DNA from: Meiothermus sp. | GTDB taxonomy: Bacteria > Deinococcota > Deinococci > Deinococcales > Thermaceae | Length of the DNA stretch: 23,439 bases | Assembly (NCBI GenBank): GCA_033762915.1 | Contig: JANRLD010000097.1 | Location: forward strand, 1-23,439 | Reading direction: 5' to 3' | Part shown: one piece after another, positions 14,888 through 23,439 of the stretch | How the letters are laid out: every line of letters begins with the position of its first letter | Numbering within the stretch: the stretch's first letter is position 1 | Notes under the pieces: model-generated | Told to the model about the DNA's origin: nothing | The model's database searches: none | What the model saw: only the letters and a program-made list of their open reading frames with translations | Program-made: the position numbers and the translations under genes

Positions 14888-15939
14888 AGCGTTACCGCAT
14901 CGCCTCGATTCCCGGCGACGGCATCGGGGGGGAGGTGCTCGAGAGCGCCCAGGCCGTTTTGAAGGCGGTGGGACAGCGGCACGGATTCGCGATCGAGTTC
15001 GACCCCTACCCCTGGAGCTGTGCATACTACCTCGAGCACGGCCGGATGATGCCGGAGAACGGCTTGGAGATCCTCAAGCCCTACGACGCAATCTTCCTGG
15101 GCGCGGTGGGCTTCCCCGGCGTGCCCGACCACGTGAGCCTGTGGGGCCTCCTGATCCCCATCCGGCGCGGCTTCGACCAGTACGCCTGTGTGCGCCCGGC
15201 CAAGCTTTTGCCGGGGGTGAAAAGCCCGCTCGCGCTTAGACCCGGTGCCGAGATTGACTACGTTGTTGTGCGAGAAAACACCGAGGGGGAGTACTCCACC
15301 ATCGGCGGGCGCATCTACCAGGACACCCCGCACGAAGTGGTCAGCCAGGTCGCGGTGTTTACCCGGCGCGGCTGCGAACGCATCATCCGCTACGCCTTCG
15401 AGCTGGCCAAGGCCAAGGGCAAGACGCGGGTGACCTCGGCCACCAAGTCCAACGGCATCATCCACTCGATGCCCTTCTGGGACGAGGTGTTCTGGGGCGT
15501 CGCCAGGGAGTACCCCCAACTAGAGAGCGAGCAGATGCACATCGACGCGCTGGCGGCCAAGCTGGTGCTCGCCCCGGAGCGCTTTGGAGTAGTGGTGGGG
15601 AGCAACCTCTTCGGCGACATCCTGACCGACCTCTCCGCCGCCACCGTGGGCAGCATCGGGATCGGGGCCTCGGCCAACCTCAACCCCGAGCGGGCACACC
15701 CCTCGATGTTTGAGCCGGTACACGGCTCCGCGCCGGACATCGTGGGCCGGGGCATCGCCAATCCGCTAGGGGCGGTGTGGAGCGGCGCGATGATGCTCGA
15801 GCACCTCGGCGAAGTTGAGGCGGCCGGCCAACTCGAGCAGGCCATCGCCCGGGTGCTGACTTCGGGGGTGCGAACCCCCGACCTGGGGGGCACAGCTTCC
15901 ACCATCGACGTCACCCAATCCCTCCTCGACCTGCCGTAG
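14884..15939 (+). CDS. ttuC: Tartrate dehydrogenase/decarboxylase / D-malate dehydrogenase
   Basis: IPGDGIG, PDHVSLWGLLIPIRRGFDQY, RENTEGEYS, ATKSNGI..SMPFWD, SNLFGDILTDL, FEPVHGSAPDI; GTGA overlap. Confidence 0.9.
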   Translation: MKRYRIASIPGDGIGGEVLESAQAVLKAVGQRHGFAIEFDPYPWSCAYYLEHGRMMPENGLEILKPYDAIFLGAVGFPGVPDHVSLWGLLIPIRRGFDQYACVRPAKLLPGVKSPLALRPGAEIDYVVVRENTEGEYSTIGGRIYQDTPHEVVSQVAVFTRRGCERIIRYAFELAKAKGKTRVTSATKSNGIIHSMPFWDEVFWGVAREYPQLESEQMHIDALAAKLVLAPERFGVVVGSNLFGDILTDLSAATVGSIGIGASANLNPERAHPSMFEPVHGSAPDIVGRGIANPLGAVWSGAMMLEHLGEVEAAGQLEQAIARVLTSGVRTPDLGGTASTIDVTQSLLDLP

Positions 15940-15956
15940 GGATAGTGCCGCCCCGC

Positions 15957-16120
15957 ATCACGTTTCCCACCCTTACCTCTCTCGCGACGCCAGGTAAAGT
16001 AATTCCTATCGCGTTTCCCACCTATACTCCGCCGACGGTGCTGCGCTACAGCGTGCGCTACAGCCGAGTATTGCACTCGGTACGGACAAAACCGCCGTAC
16101 CGAGTGTTCGTGGGAACCGC
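15957..16120. repeat. Structured intergenic element (REP-like or ncRNA)
   Basis: Perfect 12-bp IR 16074-16085/16095-16106; direct repeat CGTTTCCCACC (15961, 16012); tandem TGCGCTACAGC; 16011-16021 can pair with 16110-16120 (10/11). Confidence 0.55.
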
Positions 16121-16162
16121 TCTCACGTCCCACCCCCTGCCCGTCCTGTAACGTAAGCCCCT

Positions 16163-17215
16163 GTGGAGAACAGCAGTCTTCTTCTGCAAAGCCTAATGAG
16201 TGTGGGCCTGTTGATTCTGGGATTCTGGCTGGGGTCGCTGGGAGCGGGGCTGTTCGGCTGGCTGGGAGGCCTGACGCCCGACAGCCGAGACGACCGCTAC
16301 TTCCGCTGGCTGGGGTGGGGCTGGTGGGCGGTGATCGTGGTGGCGATCCTCGCGCTGCTGGCCGACGTGTGGCGGCTCGAGCTGCAGCCCTTGCGGGGCT
16401 GGGGGGCGGTGCTGTCGGCCTGGCTCGGCCAGCGGGGGCTGGTCGAGATTCTGATCATCGGGGCCACCGCCCTGGCCTACCGCCTGATCCCTGCGATGCT
16501 GCGCCGGGTGCCGGTGGGGTCGGGCGAGTTCAGCCGGGAAACGGTGCGGGCCACCACCCTCAAAAGCGTGCTCGAGTCGGTGCTCAGGGTCTTGATTGTG
16601 GTGGTGGGGGTGCTGTTCGCGCTGTCCAACCTGGGACTCAACATCACTGCGCTTCTGGCCGGGGCCGGGGTGGTGGGGCTGGGCATCTCGCTGGCGGCAC
16701 AGAACCTGATCCGCGACGTGCTCAACGGCTTCTTCATCCTGCTCGAGGATCAGTACGGGGTGGGGGACGTGGTCACGGTGGGGACGCTTTCGGGCGGGGT
16801 GGAGCGCTTCAACCTGCGGATCACCGTGCTGCGCGACCTCGAGGGCCGGGTCCACTTTATCCCCAACTCCACCATCCAGCAGGTCACGGTAGCCAGCCGC
16901 GACTGGGCTCGGGCGGTGGTAGACGTCCAGGTGGCCTACGAGACCCCGGTCGACTCGGCCCTCGAGGTGGTCAAGAGCGAGGCCGAGGCCTTCTACGCCG
17001 ACGAAAGCTGGCGCGACAAGTTCACCTCCGACCCACCCGAGATGCTGGGCGTGCAGACCCTGGGCGACTTCGGGATGATGATCCGCGTGCTGTTCAACAC
17101 CAAGCCCAAGGAACAGTGGGCAGTCGGGCGCGAGTTCCGCCGCCGCATCAAGCTGCGCCTAGACAAAGAGCAGATCGAAATCCCCTACCCGACCCGCAAG
17201 GTCATCAACGGCTGA
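16163..17215 (+). CDS. MscS family small-conductance mechanosensitive channel
   Basis: Several TM helices, then LLAGAGVVGLGISLAAQNLIRDVLNGFFILLEDQYGVGDVV, LRDLEGRVHFIPNS, EIPYP. Confidence 0.92.
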   Translation: MENSSLLLQSLMSVGLLILGFWLGSLGAGLFGWLGGLTPDSRDDRYFRWLGWGWWAVIVVAILALLADVWRLELQPLRGWGAVLSAWLGQRGLVEILIIGATALAYRLIPAMLRRVPVGSGEFSRETVRATTLKSVLESVLRVLIVVVGVLFALSNLGLNITALLAGAGVVGLGISLAAQNLIRDVLNGFFILLEDQYGVGDVVTVGTLSGGVERFNLRITVLRDLEGRVHFIPNSTIQQVTVASRDWARAVVDVQVAYETPVDSALEVVKSEAEAFYADESWRDKFTSDPPEMLGVQTLGDFGMMIRVLFNTKPKEQWAVGREFRRRIKLRLDKEQIEIPYPTRKVING

Positions 17216-17294
17216 AGGCACTACCACCGGCACGCGCTTGTTCCGGCCGGGATCACCCATAACCTTCCAGACCCATCTGGTAGACTGCCGCCTT

Positions 17295-17990
17295 ATGTAC
17301 CGCGTCCTGGCCGATCCCGCCGTCCTCGAGAGTTTCCCTCACTACCGGCTGCTGGTGCTCTACGCCCGGAATCTGCACAACACTCCCAGCACGCCGTACA
17401 GCACCGCCGAGCTGCGGGCTGCCGAGGCGGCTGCTCGAGCCCGCTTCGCCCACCAGAGACCCGCCGAGCACCCCCACATCGCGGCCTGGCGCGAAGCTTA
17501 CGCGGCTTTCGGGCTCAAGCCCAGCAAGTTCCCTTGCTCCGCCGAAGCCCTTATCGCCCGCGCCGTCAAGGGGGCCGAGCTGCCCGCCATCAACGCGCTG
17601 GTGGACCTGTACAACGCGGTCAGCGTGGGCCGGGTGGTCCCGGTGGGCGGAGAGGACTGGGACCGACTGGAAGGAGACCTCTACCTGCGCTTTGCCGACG
17701 GCAGCGAGTCCTTCGACACCTTCAGAGACGGGCAGCCGGCCATCGAACATCCCCAGGCGGGCGAGGTGGTCTGGGCCGACCGCGCCGGCGTGACTTGCCG
17801 GGCCTGGAACTGGCGGCAGGGCCTGCGCACCCGACTGACCGAGCACAGCACCAATGCCTACTTCATCCTCGACAGCCTCGAGCCCTACGCGTCGGCCGAG
17901 CTCGAGGCCGCCGGGGAACAGCTCAGCACGTACCTCCGCCGGCTCTCCCCCGGCTGTCAGCTCGAGACCGAGCGCCTGGGCGCGTGGTAA
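17295..17990 (+). CDS. Stand-alone B3/B4-domain (PheRS-beta editing-like) protein
   Basis: IAAWREAYAAFGLKPSKFPCSAEAL, INALVDLYNAVS, VPVGGEDWD, TCRAWNWRQ. ATG 17295 lies 8 nt after TAGACT. Confidence 0.88.
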   Translation: MYRVLADPAVLESFPHYRLLVLYARNLHNTPSTPYSTAELRAAEAAARARFAHQRPAEHPHIAAWREAYAAFGLKPSKFPCSAEALIARAVKGAELPAINALVDLYNAVSVGRVVPVGGEDWDRLEGDLYLRFADGSESFDTFRDGQPAIEHPQAGEVVWADRAGVTCRAWNWRQGLRTRLTEHSTNAYFILDSLEPYASAELEAAGEQLSTYLRRLSPGCQLETERLGAW

Positions 17991-18040
17991 GCGAGAACAT
18001 TTAGGTTTTCCAACCTCTGCCGCAATGGTGGGAAGCGCGG

Positions 18041-18943
18041 TTAGCCCTCGTAACCCAGCTCGCGCAGGGCCTCGGGGTCCTTGCGCCAGTTGGGGTAGAC
18101 CTTGATCTTCAGCTCGAGATACACCTTCTTATTCAGGAACACCTCGAGCTGCTTGCGCGCCGCCGCCCCGATCTCCTTGAGCATCCGCCCGCCCGCGCCG
18201 ATTAGGATCGGCCGGTGACCCTCGCGCTCGACGTAGAGCATCACCATGATGTAAAACACGCCGTTCTCTCTTTGCTCGAACTCCTCGGTCTTGGTAGCGA
18301 TGGAGTACGGCACCTCCTCCTTCAACCGCTTCATGGCCTCCTCGCGCACGATCTCGGCGGCCCACTCCTCGGGGCTCTGATCGCTCTTGGCGAAGTCAAT
18401 GGGGAAGAAGAACGGACCCTGGGGCAGCAGGGCCATCAGCTCGGTCCTCAAGGCCGCCGCGTCCCGCTCGTCCTGGGCGGAGATCTGGCGCAGCTCGAGG
18501 CCCGGCAGCAGGCTCGAGTAGGCCTCCATGGCCGCGTCGGGGCGCTTGGCGGCGTCGGCCTTGTTGCCGATCAAGAAGATGGGCACCTTGCGCTCGTGGG
18601 CGGGGCGCAGCGCCCTGGCCACCAGCTCGTCCTCCCGGGTGGGCGGGTGACGCAGGTCCACCACCCACAGCACCGCGTTGACCTCGGCCAGCGCGTCGGT
18701 GATCTGGCGGATCATGTAGTCGGAGAGCGCGTCGGCGGCCTCGTGCCAGCCGGGGGTGTCTACAAATACGATCTGACGATCCCCCTCGGTCACGATTCCG
18801 CGCAGACGCTTGCGGGTGGTCTGGGGCTTGGGCGAGATGGGCGCGGCCTTCACGCCCAGCATGGCGTTTAGCAGGGTGGACTTACCGACGTTGGGCTTGC
18901 CCACGATGGCGACGAAGCCCGAATAGGTCACAGGTTCACTCAC
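18041..18943 (-). CDS. era: GTPase Era
   Basis: [35 protein letters not shown] domain [17 protein letters not shown] 18943 lies 6 nt after TATACT. Confidence 0.96.
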   Translation of the reverse strand: MSEPVTYSGFVAIVGKPNVGKSTLLNAMLGVKAAPISPKPQTTRKRLRGIVTEGDRQIVFVDTPGWHEAADALSDYMIRQITDALAEVNAVLWVVDLRHPPTREDELVARALRPAHERKVPIFLIGNKADAAKRPDAAMEAYSSLLPGLELRQISAQDERDAAALRTELMALLPQGPFFFPIDFAKSDQSPEEWAAEIVREEAMKRLKEEVPYSIATKTEEFEQRENGVFYIMVMLYVEREGHRPILIGAGGRMLKEIGAAARKQLEVFLNKKVYLELKIKVYPNWRKDPEALRELGYEG

Positions 18944-19110
18944 CGCTACAGTATAGCCCTCGGCCGACGACCGTTCGCTCCCGCCGCTTCGGGACGACGG
19001 TGGAAAGTGGCAAAACCCCATCCCAGGCCCCGCATCCGCCGTCGCCAACGTTCTGGCGGCCCTCGAGCCTCAAACCGGTCGCCGCCCCGGAAGGTTCCTG
19101 AGCGTTGGGT

Positions 19111-19830
19111 TCAGTTCAGCAACTCCCGATACACCGCATACACCCGACCGTTTTTGGGGTAGACCTCGAGGCCGTAGGTCGCCGAGTGGCTGGGCAGGCT
19201 CCCCCGGCCCTTGTACGGCAGTCCGGTCTCGAAGGCCACCACCACCGGGTCGTCGCGGCGGAAGCCGGTTCCCCGGCTAACCTTGTCGAAGAAACGGGGA
19301 TGCTTGGCGCTGAAGTAGACCCGCAAGGGCTTGCTGCCCGCCATCAGCACCACCGAGGGGGTGGGGCCGCGCTCGGCCAGGGCAATGATCACCACTTCCT
19401 CCGAAACCTGGTGGGACTCGGCCAGGTCGGGGATCAGCTTGGGGCTCTGGCCCTTCTTCGCGATCGCAGCCTCGACGGTCTCGGCCGGAAGCAGCATCTC
19501 GGCGGCCCCCAGGTTGCAGAGGTTCTCGAGCTCGACCTCGAGCTTGGTGCCCTCGTACGCCTCGTGCAAGTCGGAGAGGAGGTCGTCGTCGTTCTGAATC
19601 AGGACGTGCATCACCTCGTGGGCCAGGGTGAAGCGCTGGCGGCGCGGGGGCGACTCCTGGTCAATGAGGATCTGGTTTTTTTCGGGCAAGAAGGCCCCGA
19701 ACTTGCCCTCCGGCAGCTTGCCGTACTGCAGCCCGGTCCCCACCCCCGCCGCCAGCCGCTCGGGAGAGAGCGGGGCGTGGGCCAGGCGGTACCGCCGGGC
19801 GATCTCGAGCACCTTCTGGCGCAGCTCCAT
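19111..19830 (-). CDS. irrE: IrrE/PprI-type metalloprotease (ImmA/IrrE family)
   Basis: RQRFTLAHEVMH (HExxH) followed by DDDLLSDLHEAYEG..LENLCNLGAAEMLLP, like Deinococcus IrrE as I recall it; ATG 19830. Confidence 0.88.
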   Translation of the reverse strand: MELRQKVLEIARRYRLAHAPLSPERLAAGVGTGLQYGKLPEGKFGAFLPEKNQILIDQESPPRRQRFTLAHEVMHVLIQNDDDLLSDLHEAYEGTKLEVELENLCNLGAAEMLLPAETVEAAIAKKGQSPKLIPDLAESHQVSEEVVIIALAERGPTPSVVLMAGSKPLRVYFSAKHPRFFDKVSRGTGFRRDDPVVVAFETGLPYKGRGSLPSHSATYGLEVYPKNGRVYAVYRELLN

Positions 19831-19837
19831 AGAGGGG

Positions 19838-19866
19838 ATTGTCGAGAGTCGGGGGTCGGGAGTCAA
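19838..19866 (-). promoter_or_regulatory. Leaderless promoter of irrE
   Basis: TTGACT-N17-GACAAT, 7 nt before ATG. Confidence 0.65.
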
Positions 19867-19966
19867 GAGTGCGGCCCGCACAAAGGGCAAGCAGACCGGA
19901 AGGTAAAGGTGGGAGTTGGCCCTGTGACCAGGCTCGAGACGATTCCAGCAGCCGCTGCCTGCCGCC

Positions 19967-20437
19967 TCACTGCACCGCGATAAAGATCGAGACTCGAGCC
20001 GTGCTCTCGTGAACCTCGTAGTCGAAAGTGTAGGCCCGCCGGGGGGCGTTGGGCTGCTTGAAGTAGTCCTGAATCCCTTTCCAGGTCGCGGGCACAGCCA
20101 GCGCCGGGTTGCCCTCGGCGGTGAACATCAAGTAACGGCCCGGCGGTACGTTCAGGCCGGAAAGCCCCTCGGCCACATCGTTGAGGCCGGGAACCTGGTA
20201 GCCCAGCGTCACCGAGTAGGCCCCCGAGCCCTCCGGCCCGTAGCTGTGATAGACCACGAAGGGCTTCTCCTTGGCCAGTTTGCGCGGCACCTTGGCGTAG
20301 AACTCGGCGGTGTTGAACTGCTGCCACAGCGCAGGCACTTTGGCGGTGCGCGGGTAGGCCTCGAGTTCTGGAGAAGTGCGGGTCTCGAGGCCCGCCACAA
20401 AAAAGCCGGATTCCCGGGTGGGATAGGGCCTGTTCAT
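19967..20437 (-). CDS. GyrI-like / AraC effector-binding (Cass2-like) small-molecule binding protein
   Basis: VAGLETRTS..KVPALWQQF, VYHSY, VPPGRYLMFTAEG, AVPATWKGI, RAYTFDYEVH. Confidence 0.87.
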   Translation of the reverse strand: MNRPYPTRESGFFVAGLETRTSPELEAYPRTAKVPALWQQFNTAEFYAKVPRKLAKEKPFVVYHSYGPEGSGAYSVTLGYQVPGLNDVAEGLSGLNVPPGRYLMFTAEGNPALAVPATWKGIQDYFKQPNAPRRAYTFDYEVHESTARVSIFIAVQ

Positions 20438-20445
20438 TGGTTAAA

Positions 20446-20474
20446 ATTGTCGAGAGTCCGGGCTCGAGGGTCAA
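20446..20474 (-). promoter_or_regulatory. Leaderless promoter of the GyrI-like gene
   Basis: TTGACC-N17-GACAAT, 8 nt before ATG; 26/30 identical to the irrE promoter. Confidence 0.65.
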
Positions 20475-20581
20475 GTGCCGAAGGCTCAATTGGGCACTTT
20501 ACAGGGCGACGAGCCAAAAGCCATAGGCCAGTGGCCAGGCGCACTCCGGCCCCCGACCCGCGACGACCCCGAACCCACGCC

Positions 20582-21661
<1,080 letters not shown>

Positions 21662-22255
21662 AGCCCCAATGGTATACCAAAAAGTCGTGAATGTGGGAAT
21701 AGGCAACAGTCTCAGCCTCGAGCAGGCTACGGCCCAGCCTTCAAGCCTTCGTCACAGGATGCCACTTCTAATCGATTGGGTACGCTATGGACACAACCAC
21801 CCCACATACTCTCCTCTGCCGCCCACCTCGAGACCTTGGTACTCACCCGTGGACGGCAGCCCGCCCTACTGCTGCCCAACTCAAGGGCCGAGAGTTCGCT
21901 TAGGACTCGAGCAAAACCGGCTTGCACTTCGTCTCGAGGCAAAACTGACCACTCCGCCCTTCGCTGGCTGTCTTGCGCCAGCTTGCACCTCCCCTGATGT
22001 TTGCAATTAGCCGCGTGCCCACCACTTCAGCGGCCACCAAACGCCCAAGGGGAGTTAAGACCGCGCAACCACAACTTGCCTCCCCTTGGGAATATGGGCC
22101 ACAGCGACGACACCCAAAACTCGAGCCGCCCACGCGATAGTGGGGTAAGTCTGTTTTGAAGTATGCGTGAATCCGTATCGAAACCATGATAAAGGTCTAT
22201 CAAAAAACAAGTAGTTTGTTACACTGATTTCTGAGAACAAACACATGGAGGAACC

Positions 22256-23302
22256 TTGAAAATAAAGTCTCTTTCTGTAGAACGCTTCAGACAGTTCAAG
22301 GAAACTAAGTTTGAAGTATCGGACATTAACATTTTGGTGGGGCCAAACAACTCTGGAAAGACAAGCATTCTTCATGCTCTGAGAGCTTTCTTTTTTCTGT
22401 TAAAGGGCTATGTCAATATAGAGGGAAATCCACCAAAAGCAACTTACCACAAGAGATTTATTTCGACTGTAGAGGAGTTAGTACCGACACCTGACACCCG
22501 TGAGCTGTGGTATCAGCGACAGGCCTCCAATACTACTCCGATCAAGATTTCAGTGGAGTTTAATGATGGTGCTAAATTCACACTTCAACTTAGGTATCAG
22601 TTTGGGCAAGTTCATGCATCGATTGAGAATCTACAAAGCAATCTCAGTTCCGAGGAGATTAAGGAATACTTCGATCAAGAGGTCGTCTATATTCCTGGCC
22701 TAGTAGGAGTTTTGGTCAAGGAATCGTATGCTACTGCAGCTAGAAGGAACTCATTGGCGGCGCAAGGCCGATACTCGGAAATTTTCCGCAGTAGTTTAAT
22801 GCAGCTCAAGAACCGAGATACTGCACTTCTGACCAATATCAATGTTCACCTCGAGAAATTGTTCGGGATTACAGTAAGTGACGTTGCCTTTAACGAGACA
22901 ACTGATGAATTCGTAACAGTCAAGTACAGGCAGAGCGGAAAAGACTATGATGTTGTCTCATCAGGCTCAGGGTTGCAACAAGTGATTCAAATGTTGGCTT
23001 ATCTGTACCTTAGTAAGCCGTCAGTTTTGCTTATTGATGAGCCTGATGCCCACTTGCACAGTAGATTACAGGGAGCTTTAGGGAAACTTTTGCGCGAGGT
23101 TGCCATTGACCTAAAAACTCAACTATTTCTTAGTACACACTCAGTGGACTTAATTGACACCTTCAACCCAGAAGAAGTCATTATTGTTGATGCGTCAAAA
23201 AAATCTGTGAAGCCCTTAGGTGCAAACCGAGAACTCGTATCCAGTCTTGTCGATGCGGGGATAGTAGACATTTCAGCCTTCTCTCGGCTCTTAGCATCAT
23301 GA
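22256..23302 (+). pseudogene. OLD-like/AAA_15 ABC ATPase, truncated by IS3 insertion
   Basis: Walker A GPNNSGKT, SSGSG signature, Walker B LLIDEPDAHLH, STHS. AT-rich; RBS GGAGG + TTG. The stop TGA is the first 3 nt of the IS end. Confidence 0.8.
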
Positions 23303-23439
23303 TATTGCCCCGTTTTTGTCGAGTCGAGGTTAAGCCACCTGCCTAGCATTGTGCTGGTTCTGGTTCTCGAAGTCGAGCGGGGAGAGAAAGCCGAGGGTGG
23401 AGTGCCGTCGAGTGCGGTTGTAGAAGGTCTCGATGTAGT
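23300..23439 (-). mobile_element. IS3-family insertion sequence, right end
   Basis: Terminus TGATATTGCCCCGTTTTTGTCGAGTCGAGG (TG...CA type) lies immediately after the transposase stop. Confidence 0.85.
23330..23437 (-). CDS. IS3-family transposase OrfB, C-terminus (partial; absent from the ORF track)
   Basis: YIETFYNRTRRHSTLGFLSPLDFENQNQHNARQVA* matches the IS3 'YN..R.HS.LG..SP..FE' motif. Confidence 0.9.
   Translation of the reverse strand, partial: YIETFYNRTRRHSTLGFLSPLDFENQNQHNARQVA

Noticed and set aside
23303..23330. Stop read-through of the ATPase into 'YCPVFVES' as a TOPRIM start
   Set aside because: This sequence is the IS3 terminal repeat; the resemblance to a VEG motif is coincidental.

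Overview
Deinococcus-Thermus chromosome, most likely Meiothermus-like: the core is high-GC, CTCGAG is very frequent, many genes look leaderless, and an IrrE/PprI orthologue is present. There are four blocks. (1) 1-~5290: the right end of an integrative phage/satellite-like element at the 3' end of tRNA-Lys(CTT). It carries a TerS-like gene pair, a dense non-coding array of different palindromes, two envelope cargo genes, two leftward small genes, a Cro/C1 HTH gene and a tyrosine integrase. A divergent tRNA-Arg(CCT) follows the tRNA-Lys. (2) 6011-15939: a GntR-controlled catabolic cluster with GMC oxidoreductase, flavin amine oxidase, GntR, an orphan family-5 ABC binding protein, SnoaL-like protein, S9 peptidase, fluoroacetate-dehalogenase-type hydrolase and tartrate/D-malate dehydrogenase. 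A 65-bp operator+promoter+N-terminus module is duplicated around the amine oxidase gene. (3) 16163-21661: core genes (MscS, B3/4 protein, era, irrE, GyrI-like, chorismate mutase/DAHP synthase); irrE and the GyrI-like gene share a near-identical promoter. (4) 22256-end: an AT-rich OLD-like ABC ATPase cut off by an IS3-family element. All calls come from reading motifs by eye; no database searches were run.
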